From Octopus bimaculoides (taxonomy: Eukaryota), in the NCBI RefSeq assembly GCF_001194135.2, contig NC_068984.1, forward strand, positions 95,808,298 to 95,847,139: DNA of 38,842 nucleotides. Direction: 5' to 3'. Under the pieces are notes generated by a model that saw only the letters and a program-made list of their open reading frames with translations, ran no database searches and was not told the origin of the DNA. The position numbers were made by a program, and so were the translations under genes. This document shows positions 1 to 12,455 of this stretch, piece by piece (position 1 is the stretch's first letter; the number at the start of each line of letters is the position of its first letter).

Positions 1-68
1 CACTCTTTACCACTTCATACTAAAAATACCCGCCTATGGATATAATAATAGATTACTTTATTTTTTCT

Positions 69-117
69 GTCTCCGATTAAGGGAAGTACTGGATCTTCCC
101 AGAAACAGCTGTAAGAC
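69..117 (+). ncRNA. Decayed minimal type I hammerhead ribozyme
   Basis: GTCT-CCGATTA-a-GGGAAG-tactggat-CTTCCC-a-GAAA-CAGCTG-TA-AGAC. Stems I and II and the palindromic stem III are intact, but the CUGAUGA core has two substitutions. Confidence 0.55.
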
Positions 118-503
118 TCTATCCATAAAATACTTCTCCAACCTTACCTTTGCTCTCTTTATCTTTTTGTTTTTATATATTTACATATACACACGCTAAT
201 ACACGACTTATAATACCCAATCCTGTTCATACAACGACTGGGGCAAACTAGTCGGTATACAGCACTTACTCGATATTACCTGTATCCTCCTGGGTTTGGT
301 TAAATCCAATACCCTCCTCAACCTTATATATATATATATATATATATAGATATAGATATATACACACACACACACATGTATAAATATATTTATATTCAAA
401 CATACCCATAGGCACATACATATTTCAGGTGTTGAGAAGGGAGGATTACTGTAGTAGTTTGTATATTTCTTTTTACATAATTATAATAATTATTCACAAA
501 CAT

Positions 504-2817
504 GATGAAAAATAACATAAACTTGGCCAAAAAATGGCAAACACTCCAGCAGGAGTTAGCCAAAATTAGTTGGAAAAAGGTTAGTTTGGTCTGCCCTCGT
601 CATCAGTTGCCAGGGAGCAGAAAAAGGTGGTAAAAAATTCGTTTCTGACCCGATTATGAAACCGGACCTGGCAATACGAATCTACAAACCAACTTGTTTT
701 CCATGATGCGAAGTGCGCAAAACTCAAAACCACGTCTCCACACACATTTCAGTCCCGTTATCACGTGGATTATGAAAGAGAGAATCGGCACACCCTCTAT
801 TACGTCATGATCAGTCTTAATCACGGGGCGTACCCCATGATTTCTGTTGCCTTGAGAGCCAGAGATGAAAGGAAGCTCTTTCAGCAATGCTACATACTAA
901 CTTCTCTAGTGCCTTTGCTTTAGAGTGACGAGCACCAAGTCGGTATAACGAAGGAAGGAGGGCATGCGATGCGAAACCTCTACAGCCCACTTCTACCGGC
1001 CACACTGAAGTCGACCAGCCGTTGTTATCACAAAGCAGTTGCAGTTTCTCATATTTCCTCATTTTCCTCTCATGTGAAGTCTGCATGTTGCTTTCCTCAC
1101 AAACTGTAAGTTCAATCAGTGCTATTGTCTTCCTCTGCTTGGAATGTTCGTGACAGCAATCTTTTCTGGGAAGATCAATTTCGTGTCTAAATCAGCCATG
1201 ATTGTCCAGTCGTCTACTAAAGTCAAAAGCCCCGACCGTCTCTTTGCGCGGGGACGAGGTAGAGCATCTTCATGCCACACGAAATGAATCTTCGTATCTT
1301 TACTTCTCTTTGGACATCTGTTTGCTTCCAATATCTCCTCCCGAAGACCCTGGAGTAACACTCTCAGTACTCAGTTGTGTCTCCAAGTATATCGTCCTTG
1401 CTGGAGACTGACAGGGCACCCGGCTAAAATATGAGCTGTGGTGCACCCCTCCTCTTGACACAGGTCACATGCATCATCTTGTGCGAGTCCCCATCTCTTC
1501 AAATTCTTTGGGGAAGCTACGGTGTTATACGTTGAACCAATTACAAATTGAAGCAGCTTCGGGCTCATGTCAAGTAGAGTTCTCCATTTCAGGTTGTGAG
1601 TTTTCATGTTTTCTTATGATGTCCAGCTGCCTTGCATGAACGTAGTATAAATCATCATGCTCTGCCGAAACTGCTTTGCACAGCTCTGATCGCCTCTCCT
1701 TGCAGGACATCTTGCTCCACGATACCCGGAACTTCAAAGATCCAAGACCTGTACGGCTAAATTGACCTCTAGACATGTCCTTACATCTTAGTCTGCTCTC
1801 CGCCCTCTCTGCTGCTTCCACTGGTTTCCATTTCCTCCCGCGACGAACAACTGGTTCGCTCTTTTGCACCCCTTTATCGGAGCTTGTCCTAAGTTGCAAC
1901 AAACTATTTACTGCCGTTTTCCTTACAAGCTCAGTCATGCTGTACAATGGCAGTCACAATTTGGCCTGCTTACAGTAGAGTGCCACACTGGATAGGTTTC
2001 TGCTCACACCCACCCACTTCCAAAGGAATGTAGACGCAATCGTCCCCGGGCGTTCTACATAGGTAAGTGCATTGTCATAAATCATCAGCTGCCATTGGAT
2101 CCTTGGTAGAATCAGGTGGTTATAACACCAACATTTCATGACACCAGTGAGTACACATTTGTCCAGCAGTTTCATCCATCTTGCTAAGAAAATCTCGAGA
2201 GATAAACAAGATTGCTTGTCATTTAGATCTCCATTGATAACCCTCCCCAAGAACTTGACAGGGTTGTTTTGTACTCCTAGGATTGCTTGACTGTTTACTT
2301 GAAATGGCTCATCCTGTCTAACTTTACCATGGTCCAGAACTAGGGAACGAGACTTTTTCGGTTTGATCCTCGTGCATGATCACGTCATGAATTTGTTGAC
2401 TTTATGGAGAACCTGCTGCGCAGAAGCTACTGAAGCTGTACAAATGGTTATGTCATCCATGTATTCCTTCAGTACTGGTATATGGGTGTCTCTCTTCCTC
2501 ATAAAGTATAGTTTCGGGGAAAGCTGGCTTACAAACTCGTTCAGCAGATTGAATGTAGTAACAAATAAGATAGGCGACAAAGTGTAGCCCATGAATATTC
2601 CGATGGAAAGTTTCTGCCACTCAGATGTCCAGGTTTTAACTGAAAAATGTGCATAAAGTCCTGCGTAGTATGCATCAATGAGCTCCACAAGTGTGTCTGG
2701 TACATGGTACCACCGAAGAGCAAAACTTATTGCTGCATGAGGAATGGATTTAAATGAGTTGGCGAGGTCAAGGCCAAATCAACACAAGGTTCTTTTGGCA
2801 AGATCTTCATCATCATC
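504..2817 (-). mobile_element. 5'-truncated, degenerate HERO-like non-LTR retrotransposon (RT, CCHC zinc knuckle, restriction-like endonuclease)
   Basis: Minus-strand fragments include LDLANSFKSIPHAAISFALRWYHVP, GIFMGYTLSPILF, EYMDD, CDLCQEEGCTTAHILAGCPVSLQQGRYTWRHN and HERKMRKYE...WPVEVGCRGFA...AERASFHLWLSR. Multiple stops and frameshifts are present. Confidence 0.85.
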
Positions 2818-2819
2818 AC

Positions 2820-2850
<31 letters not shown>

Positions 2851-3325
2851 TGCGATATGTTTTCTATTGCAGGCTTGAGATAAAGGTTCACAATAAGTGG
2901 GTTAGACTTTATATTAATACCTGTGATATTAGTCAGTACTAAAAGTAATAAATTTCCAGGTATTAATCAAGATACTTTATTATCTTCCGTTACTTTTTGT
3001 TTATCGAGTTGCTGAAATTCTGCAGGAAATGGGGAGGAGGTTATGGTCAGTCCCGTAATCTAATTGGTCATCTATTGTTTTGAAAAGCCATGACTTTGTT
3101 ATGGTTGATTAATGGATAACCGATAACATAAACAAAGTAGGCAAAAAATACAAATGTATACAAATAAAAAAACAAATAATCCAAGGTTAACTATTAGTAG
3201 GTAGGATAGTAAAAGTTAAAGAAATTAATATAGGAACTTGACTCTATTATATTATATTAAGTTATGTTAAACTACGCAAGATATAAGTAAAATGTGAATG
3301 AATTTATATATATATATATATATAT

Positions 3326-3878
3326 NNNNNNNNNNNNNNNNNNNNNNNNNNNNNNNNNNNNNNNNNNNNNNNNNNNNNNNNNNNNNNNNNNNNNNNNNNN
3401 NNNNNNNNNNNNNNNNNNNNNNNNNNNNNNNNNNNNNNNNNNNNNNNNNNNNNNNNNNNNNNNNNNNNNNNNNNNNNNNNNNNNNNNNNNNNNNNNNNNN
3501 NNNNNNNNNNNNNNNNNNNNNNNNNNNNNNNNNNNNNNNNNNNNNNNNNNNNNNNNNNNNNNNNNNNNNNNNNNNNNNNNNNNNNNNNNNNNNNNNNNNN
3601 NNNNNNNNNNNNNNNNNNNNNNNNNNNNNNNNNNNNNNNNNNNNNNNNNNNNNNNNNNNNNNNNNNNNNNNNNNNNNNNNNNNNNNNNNNNNNNNNNNNN
3701 NNNNNNNNNNNNNNNNNNNNNNNNNNNNNNNNNNNNNNNNNNNNNNNNNNNNNNNNNNNNNNNNNNNNNNNNNNNNNNNNNNNNNNNNNNNNNNNNNNNN
3801 NNNNNNNNNNNNNNNNNNNNNNNNNNNNNNNNNNNNNNNNNNNNNNNNNNNNNNNNNNNNNNNNNNNNNNNNNNNNNN
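3326..3878. other. Assembly gap; other large gaps near 19042-19141, 19984-20213 and 25748-26579, plus several 10-N gaps
   Basis: Runs of N, mostly flanked by (TA)n. The long X-rich ORFs in the track are artefacts of these gaps. Confidence 0.98.
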
Positions 3879-4075
3879 TGTATCTGTCTAATTAGGAGAA
3901 TCATTTGTATATTTACTAAACCATACAGGTAATATAGGGTTCGAATTATATGTTGGAAGTTATTCGGACAAAATTCAAATAAGGGACAAAAGACCAAAAG
4001 TGATCATACAAGTTATTTCACTAAGTTGCTATTTATCGCTAAAATTATGTTTAAAATATATTCTCCGATAAAATA

Positions 4076-7000
4076 TGTAAAAATTAACACTTCCTTCTCC
4101 AAGCCTAGATTCGAAACCGAATCTAAGAATTCTTGGTTGTCCAAACCACCACGATCAACAGGCGTGAAAACAGGTTTTCTTTGCCCTGTCAAAAAGTGAT
4201 TGATCATCTCCCTTTGACCTACGACCTCAGCCATGTCAGGTGAAGTTCAAATAGACAGGAACTGACCTATTAAAGTACAAACTCTGCTGCAGTATGTCTG
4301 TCCTTCTAGCTGCCACTTATAAATACAGTGATCAACAGACAGACAATGAGAGAAGGACCTAGCAGGCAAGCGAGGAAGCTCTATGACATGACATAGCAGT
4401 TGTCAATATTTGCATGTAGTGAAGAATTATGTGTACCAACGACAAATTAAGTCCAATGAAAAAATTATTTTTAATTATGAATCGATTCACTCATTTGTTG
4501 ACTTCAAAGGCATACACATTCCTTTTGCATCTGTTTACCATGATACACATCTAACCACTACATTTGGTGGCCCCATCAAATCCACCACCTCGACTTCATA
4601 TCGCAGTATATGACGGATATACGCCACATCAAAGGGACGACCAACTTAGCAGCCAATGCACTTTCACACACGCAGATCAATGCTATCCACACACGCAGAT
4701 CAATGCTATCCACACCACGGCTACAATTGATCTGGCATGTATAACAGCTGACCAGGAGAATGACGAAGAACTTCTAAAGCTTTGGGATCCGTCATCTCTG
4801 AAATTTCAGCATGTTCCGCTACCATCATCCACAGCCCATATTTGGTGTGATATCTCCACCGGTCACCAACGCTCTTATATACCACAGAAACATCATCATG
4901 AAGTTTTCTCTGCATTCTCTGTCACACCCTGGTATTCACTCCACTCAAAAGCTGATATCAACCCATTTTGTGTGGACCAGTATCAACAAGGATATCAGAG
5001 AATGGACCAAGTGCTGTGTCGCGTGCCAAAAAGCGGAAATCTATCGGCACATAAAATCACCAATTGGTTCCTTTTCACAACCTAACGCACGATTTCAGCA
5101 CATTCACATTGACATCGTGGGACCTCTGCCATCTTCGCAGAATTATACACATTTGTTTACCTGCGTAGATCGTTTTTCGTGGTGGCCTGAAGCTTGGCCC
5201 TTACCTTATACATCGGCGGAAACAGTTGCCAAAACACTGATATTACAATGGGTTTCATGTTTTGGCACACCTGCAACAATCACCACCGATAGAGGATGTC
5301 AGTTCAATTCCCACCTCTTCACCAAGCTGACTCGTCTCCTCGGATGTAAACACACCCGCACTACGGCTTACCACCCTGCAGCAAATGACATGGTTGAACG
5401 TTTTCACCGCCAACTCAAGGCATCCATAAAAGCATCTTCAGACAGTTCTCAATGGCTGGAACATCTCCCCCTCATCCTCCTTGGTATTCGATCCACGGTT
5501 AAGGAGGAACTTGGATATACTCCGGCTGAACTTGTCTATGGCACAGCACTCACCTTACCTGGGCNNNNNNNNNNCATTTGTCACCTGCAGCCCCCAGACA
5601 ACAGAACGTCGTTTCACATGTCCCAAAAGACATCAACACTTGGACTCATGTTTTCGTGATGAATGATGGGATACCATCCCAACTTCGGCCACCATATTTC
5701 GGCCCCTACAAAGTTATCAAAAGGGAACCCAAGTATTTTGTTCTCGATATTGGAGGTAAACGAAATACGATATCAATTGATCATTTGAAAAAAGCCTTCA
5801 TCGAGGACAACTCACGTTCAGTTCCCTCCGTTCCTAGAATGGACTCACCAACTGCAGCAGACACCACAGATTCTGCACAACCCCGGCACACTAAATCGGG
5901 AAGAACTGTTCGATGGCCCGAGGTTCGTGCAAGTTTTTTGGTTAAGTTCTAATTCTTAACCTACCCATCTGAAATGAAATGCATACATCAACACATAACT
6001 CACATGACTGCATCACCTACATACAAACCCAAAGAAATCAATGAACATTTTGTATACATAAAAAAAAAAGAAGAAAAAAACATTGTTCCACATCAGCGAA
6101 AAACTTTCTGTATAAACATTTAATGAACATTTCACAAGCAAACTTTTCCGATGAACATTTCTTTCATTTTTTGTCTGTACATATGCTTTGCTTTCTTTTT
6201 AAACTGTTTTGCCTTCTTGTAAAAATATTTTGCTACCTGTATGCTTACACACGCTTGCAACAGTCACTTATGCTACCATTTGATCTTTTGCACCACTGAA
6301 ATACAACCTGCCTCTATTTAGACCTCTAGTGGGTCAAGTAATCAATAGATGCACATCTCTTTTAACACGCCAGCATCTTTCTGCATGGGCACATATATGT
6401 ATTGCCCACCATATAGCACACACCAACAGTGAATCTTTGCTTCATATTTTTATATCCCATGTTTTTGACATATATTCATTTGTCTGTTACACTTTATAAA
6501 ATTTTTTCTGCATACACAAAAAATAACACTTCCAATATCGTTCGATCTCTGTGACTTTCTCACTAGAAAGTGGGTCGTGTAAAAATTAACACTTCCTTCT
6601 CCAAGCCTAGATTTGAAACCGAATCTAAGAATTCTCGGTCGTCCAAACCACCATGATCAACAGGCGCAAAAACAGGTTTTCTTTGTCCTGTCAATAAGTG
6701 ATTGATCATCTCCCTTTGACCTACGACCTCAGCCATGTCAGGCGAAGTTCAAATGGACAGGAGCTGACCTATTTAGGTGCAAACTCTGCTGCAGTATGTC
6801 TGTCCTTCTAGCTGCCACTTATAAATACGGTGGTCAACAGATAGACAATGAGAGAAGGGCCTAGCAGGCAAGCGAGGAAGCTCTATGACATGACAGCTTT
6901 TTCTCAGAGCAATGTTCAAAGTTCCACGGTAGACTACTGTCTCAGATGAACTACATACACACACAAACATATTAATTCCTGACATATCATATCATGTACC

Positions 7001-7193
7001 CTGTTTCTATTTCTAGCAACTCGTAGCAGTTGTCAACATTTTGCATGTAGTGAAGAATTATGTGTACCAACCACAGATTAAGTCCAGTGAAAAAATTATT
7101 TTTAATTATGAATCGATTCACTCATTTGTTTACTTCAAAGGCATACACATTCCTTTTGCATCTGTTTACCATGATACACATCTAACCACTACA
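4076..7193 (+). mobile_element. Internally deleted Gypsy LTR retrotransposon (CsRn1/Kabuki-like), integrase retained
   Basis: TG...CA LTRs at 4076-4562 and 6578-7193 with a 4-bp TSD AATA on both sides. PBS-like TGGTGGCCCC directly after the 5' LTR (one mismatch from tRNA-Trp TGGTGACCCC) and a purine-rich tract before the 3' LTR. Integrase motifs: HSLSHPG, CVACQK, HIDIVGPLP, TTDRGCQF, VERFHRQLK and a GPY/F tail (PYFGPYKV). Confidence 0.93.
4811..5952 (+). pseudogene. Gypsy integrase (zinc finger, DDE core, GPY/F), frameshifted and interrupted by a gap
   Basis: ORFs 4564-5085, 4811-5659 and 5578-5952 together give the integrase, with a frameshift near 4915 and a 10-N gap at 5565. Confidence 0.9.
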
Positions 7194-7466
7194 AATACAT
7201 TAATTGCAATGCTCCATGCAACAGTATTTAGTTACTAAATTTATGAACCAACTGAATATATATCCTTATATATCCTCTTTTATATATACCTACATATTAC
7301 TAAATTGTTATTTATCGCTAAAATTGTTTAAAATCTATTTTATCTGACAAAATGCCTCAAATGCAAAACTCTATGTAATAGTGTTGAGTCACTTAATTAA
7401 TGAACGAATCAGTCATTCAGTCCTTTAAAATATTTATCCCTCTATTTACTCAATTAATTACTTTTA

Positions 7467-7712
7467 ATGTTATATTTAAGAGGTGTGTGTGGGGGGTTAA
7501 GTTATAAATAGAATGAAAGGAGGTAACTCAGGGTTATTACAGAACCAATAAATTAATTAATTAATCAATTAACCAACTGATTGATTGATTGAATAATGGA
7601 CCTAAATTTTTGAGTATGTTATTCTAATTATAGATCTTAATAACCCAGAGTTACCTTCCTTATTTCTATTTATAACTTAATAACCCCACACACACACACA
7701 CCTCTTAAATAT

Positions 7713-7717
<5 letters not shown>
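7467..7717. mobile_element. MITE-like foldback element with about 72-bp terminal inverted repeats
   Basis: Left arm atgttatatttaagaggtgtgtgt...ggtaactcagggttatta (7467-7538) is close to the reverse complement of 7638-7717. Confidence 0.7.
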
Positions 7718-7752
<35 letters not shown>

Positions 7753-7755
<3 letters not shown>

Positions 7756-8091
7756 GAAGTATATTTGCCACTTAAATGCGGCTAACCACTAAGGGTGAAT
7801 GCTATTGTAGCTTGTAGGCCCAGGAGAACACCTCCAGCTGGCTGTTGACATACTTTCTGTGCCCTATCAGTATTTGCAAAGGGAAGTCCTCCTTCCCATC
7901 GTCGAGAAACTTGGGTCCATGCGTATCACGTCAGGTCAACAATGGGAAGGATGACTTCCCTTTGCAAATACTGATAGGGCACAGAAAATATGTCAATAGC
8001 CAGCTGGAGAAGGTGTTCTCCTGGGGCTACAAGCTACAGGAGCATTCACCCTTGGTGGTTAGCCGCATTTAAGTGGCAAATATACTTCACG
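7753..8091. mobile_element. Near-perfect palindromic MITE-like element (about 148-bp arms, about 40-bp loop)
   Basis: tgaagtatatttgccacttaaatgcggctaacc...ttcccatcgt is mirrored by acaatgggaagg...gcatttaagtggcaaatatacttca with few mismatches. Confidence 0.8.
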
Positions 8092-8160
8092 TTGTCATGC
8101 AGCTACTGTTTATACCTCATTCAGAAATTTAATATATATATATGTGTATGTGTGTGTGTA

Positions 8161-8680
8161 TATTCATCCACATTTTACTTACATATTGCGTAATTTAACA
8201 TAACTTAATATAATATAATAGAGTCAAGTCCCTATGTTAATTTCTTTATTGATTTTTAGTATCCTACCTACTAATAGTTAACCATGAATTATTTATTTTT
8301 ATATTTTTATACATTTATATATATTTTACCTAGTTTGTTGTTTATGTTATCCATTAACCAACCATAACATAGTCATGGCCTTTCAAAATAATAGATGACC
8401 AATTAGATTACGGGACTGACCATAACCCCCAACCCACTTCCCACAGGATTTCAGCAACTTGATAAACAAAAAGTAAAGGAAAATAATAAAGCATCTTGAT
8501 TAATACCCGGAAATTTATTACTTTTAGTACCGACTAATATCACAGGTATTAATATAAAGTCTAACCCACTTATTGTGGACCTTTATCTCAAGCCCTCGAT
8601 AGAAAACATATCGCATGTTTATATGTTTGTGTATAATTATATAAATAGAAAAATACGAACTACTACAGTAATCCTCCCTT
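8161..8680 (+). repeat. Unclassified interspersed repeat family 'R'; other copies at 28368-28800 (+) and a split copy at 2830-3300 plus 380-503 (-)
   Basis: A shared sequence (ttatccattaaccaaccataac...gaccaattagattac...gtctaacccacttattgtggacctttatctcaagcc...ctactacagtaat) is seen directly in all three places. Confidence 0.85.
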
Positions 8681-9060
8681 GGACGATTTGACTGAGGACT
8701 GGCAAGCCAGAAGGCTGCACCAGGCTCCAATCTGATCTGGCAGAGTTTCTACAGCTGGATGCCCTTCCTAATGCAACCACTCCGAGAGTGTAGTGGGTGC
8801 TTTTACGTGCCACCAGCACGAGGGCCAGTCACACGGTACTGGCAACAGCCACGCTCAAAAAGGTGTTTTTTACGTGCCACCTACACGGGGAGCCAGTCCA
8901 GCAGCACTGTCAACGACCTCGCTCGAATGATTTTCTAATGTGCCACCAGCACAAGTGCTAGAAGGCAACGCTGGAAACGATTATGCTCAAATGCTGCTAT
9001 TTACGGGCCACTAGTATGGAAGCCAGACAGCTGCTCTGGCAATGAACACGCTTGGATGGG
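8679..9060 (-). mobile_element. RTE-LINE 3' UTR fragment
   Basis: Reverse complement of the tail at 24640-24860 (ggcacgtaaaagcacccactacac...gtcctcagtcaaat). It truncates the R repeat at about 8680. Confidence 0.8.
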
Positions 9061-9149
9061 TGGAGGACAAAGCTTTTTTGGGGTCATTGCTGCATTTTTT
9101 GCTAACTCTGTATAATTCTTGTTTCAGAAAATAATAATAATCAGCTTAG

Positions 9150-9500
9150 TCAAGAAATGAAGAGGCATGCTGTTCTTGTGTTTATAATGGCTGAGCATAA
9201 CGATTTAGAAAGATCTCAATTTTGAAAATTTGCCAAATCTTTCATCTCAGTTTGAAAGGAGGTAGAGACTAAAGATGGAAACGTATCACCAGTATCAAAG
9301 CATAAAAAGCATTCTAAACACTCTGAAATCATCAGAACATCCAGGAAATTCAACAGACCATTGATTACAATCCTAGAAAAATTAATGAGGTCAATTGCAA
9401 AAGATATCCTTGTGTCAGAAGGAACAGTCAAAAAGAATGTCCACGAAGACATTAAATATAAATCTTATATGATGAGGAAAGGTTAACCTATCAGAAAAAG
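9150..9500 (+). mobile_element. Degenerate Tc1/mariner-superfamily transposase N-terminal (HTH) remnant
   Basis: The + frame reads ...LMRSIAKDILVSEGTVKKNVHEDIKYKSYMMRKG, resembling the HTH2 region of IS630-Tc1-mariner transposases. Stops are present. Confidence 0.55.
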
Positions 9501-10099
9501 CAAGAGTTATGTCCAAAATGAACCAGGACCACTTGATTCGAGTATATAGATTATTTAAATCTCATATAGAAATAAAGGAAATCAGAATAAAATAATTGTG
9601 AAAGTAAAAATAATAATTAAAAACGGTCATGAGAGTAGATTCTTGACCAAACAGCTGAATGTTGAGACAACTCTTTTTCTAGGTATGCACTTAGTAAACA
9701 CACTTGTTTGATGCATGTATGTTAAGTCAGTAATAAAAGGGCTACAATAGGATTTGAACATCATTACAAAAAAAAAACAAGACAAAATAAACAACCTCAA
9801 ACATAATTTGAAGTCATTAATAAATAGTATCTCACCACCAAACCAATTGAAGAGACAGTTGTATAAAGTTGAGTTTTCTTTGCCAATGAAGCGTATATAT
9901 CCATCTCGGTATTGTGATTTTGGTAACCAACTTATATTATTCTGCTTCTCAGGAGAGTACTGTAGAATATCAATGAGAATGGAAAGTAAGGAATTATTTA
10001 TTATAGACTTCTGGAAGGAAGAAACTATATATACATACATTTATACATGTAGAAACACATTAATATACAACCGTCCCCACCCCATATATGTATATCTAT

Positions 10100-12060
10100 A
10101 TATATATATATATATATTTCATTTCACTCAGTGTGGAGATTACGTGTGGAGACCCTTCATCCTTCAAGTGCCGTACGTGGCTGGCCAAGGATGTATCATA
10201 TTGTCTTTGAGATCCTAAACAAGGATCTATGGTTGGAGAGATGTTACTTGAAGGTGTTCCCCAAGTCACATTCACTAACAGACTTCTTATGATTGGTGTT
10301 GTTGAGGGAGTGTGTTATAGCTGGGTTTTCCTCCCAAAATAGTAATCCATTGTTGCTTTGTGTCCCCGTCTAAGATCTATTCTTTTTATTTCAAGGTACT
10401 GCTTGATGTCAGTTGTATATTTCAATACTGTAACATTATTCAAGTTGGCATCTATGTTATTAACATATGCAACAAACAACAGAGATCCAAGAAAGGATCC
10501 TTGTGTATACCAGATGTCATCTCAAGGAGAAGGATGCTGTCCTAGAACTGTTACTATCCCTTTTCAACCAAAGATGAAGGATTTCAACCAGTTATAAAGA
10601 TCATCTTTCACATTCATTGCAGAAAGTTTTGCCAGAAGTTGTTTGTGTGGCACAGACTTGTAAGTTGTAGCAAAGTCAAGATAAATAACATCCACCATGA
10701 GCTGCAATCAGTAATTCAGGTGGTGTCTTCAAGAAACTTGTTGAGTTGGCCAGAGCACCTGGAGTTAGGGATAAATCCGAATTGTGAGGGTGAAATAAGG
10801 CTGTGACTGTTCCAAACATTTCAGAGTGTTTCTCTGATACTGGACTCCACCAGTTTGGCAATGCAGCTAGTAAGACTGACTGGACAAGAGTTGACAAGTG
10901 ATCTGTGATCACCCTTTTTGAACAGGGGAATGATGCTGACAATTTTCTACTGCTCTGAGATGACACAGCTATTAAGGAAGAATTGGAAGACTGAAAGCTG
11001 GCATAAAAGAAAGAACCCACTGTATTTGAGAATAGATAAGTAACGCCATCACAATCAAGAGAGGCTTAGTTGTGTTTATTTTTGAGGTGGTATTGCAAAT
11101 GTAAATTTCACAGATGTCATAGAATTTGATGTCAGAGGTGGTGAAGATAGTACATTTGGATTTTCAACAGTAAAAATGTCAGCATAGCATTCAGCAATAT
11201 GTTCTGTACATCCTTTGAGATCAGCAGTAATCCTACCTGTGTAGGGATTATATAGAGAATGCAGTCTCTGCTTCAAATGTATATATTTCCAGAACACTTT
11301 GCTATCAGGGTTGGTTGCTATATTGTCCAAATTCAAGCACTATCTTTTTTGTCATCTGCTTGAAATGGTTAGATAATCTATTGCACCTTTTATTCTCTTC
11401 TGTTTTATGTAGTATGTATTCACAACATTCTTTCTTGACAAGTCAGACTGCTGCTGTCTCCAAACTGCAATGTTGAGATTTTCAAAGCATTTACATGGTA
11501 CTGATGATTCTCATGCACCCCAGATTGAATTGAGGATGTTCTGAAGTACAGAATTGACATCTCTGGCATCGTAGAAGTCAAAACAGTTTAGGTGTTGTAA
11601 CTCAGCATTAAGAGTTCCAGTCAAAGCAAATACTTTGGAGATGGTGAAGGTTTTTGTTTCTGTCCATAAGGAATAAATTGGCAATGATGACAGCATGATC
11701 AGAGTTGTCAAAAGGTTCCTAGGTAATTACACTGATGATTGTTTCATGGGTGGTGGGTAAAAGTAGAGCCAAAGTATTGTTACCTCTTGTTGGGTAGGTG
11801 ACTACTTGCTCAAAATCCAGCACTAAAACAAGGAAATCATTTGCATTTTGCAGCCAACAAAAGGTTTCCCAATCAATCTCAGGGTAATTGAAGTCACCAG
11901 CAATGAAAACATAAGTAGCTGTTTTCCTGAATGTAATTCTGAGGAAGTCAAATAGTTGTGTGCCTTGATGGTGGTGATAAATAGCTCCAAATAGAAGTGT
12001 TGACATGTTTATACATATACCACAGAAAAATACCTCTTGTTGTAATTGGTTCAAATCATT
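10100..12060 (-). mobile_element. Degenerate CR1/L2-group LINE (APE endonuclease plus RT)
   Basis: APE motifs GAIY, IAGDFNYPEIDW and QVVTYPTRGNNTLALLL. Linker DSKVFWKYI. RT remnant QGSFLGSLLFVAYVNNI. Confidence 0.75.
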
Positions 12061-12266
12061 ACAAGGAATTGCTGGGTATTTTTTTCATAAAATTTTCTAC
12101 AAATACCTTTCAGAGTGTGTAAATTATTATTATGTCAGAATTTAATATGTAGATGAAAACTGGTGGACAAACTGACACTCATCACAGTTTTTTCCCCAAT
12201 TTCAAGTCTTGTTTTGTAAATACATACAAATACACATAACCACACTAACAACATTAAAATACTTAC

Positions 12267-12455
12267 ATAGTTACATTCACTGATGTTTGACTTCATGCTG
12301 GATGATGAACTCAGGCCTTTTGCGGCCTCTGAATTCAACATGGTGGGGTAATATATTCTAAGAAAACATCCATCAGGTTTTTCTTCACTCCTCTCAGTCA
12401 TGATATCCATGGCTCCCACTTCATACTTGCCATGACCCTGGGGTAGCTGTTTCAT
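12267..12455 (-). CDS. First coding exon of a platelet-activating factor acetylhydrolase family gene (PAFAH2/PLA2G7-like)
   Basis: MKQLPQGHGKYEVGAMDIMTERSEEKPDGCFLRIYYPT matches the PAF-AH N-terminal pattern (P-x-G-x-G-x-Y-x-V-G-x-x-D-x-M...G-x-F-L-R-x-Y-Y-P). An in-frame TGA two codons upstream supports this ATG as the start. The exon ends in phase 0 at TAT|GTAAGT (donor 12266-12261). No later exon was recognised in the window. Confidence 0.75.

Noticed and set aside
3272-3997. Long ORFs (197-342 aa) here and at 19648-20459 and 25663-26691
   Set aside because: They consist almost entirely of X from N gaps plus microsatellite translation.
9627-10040. 137-aa and 154-aa ORFs on opposite strands
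   Set aside because: Only a faint LINE-like motif (MMFKSYC) is present, which is too weak to call.
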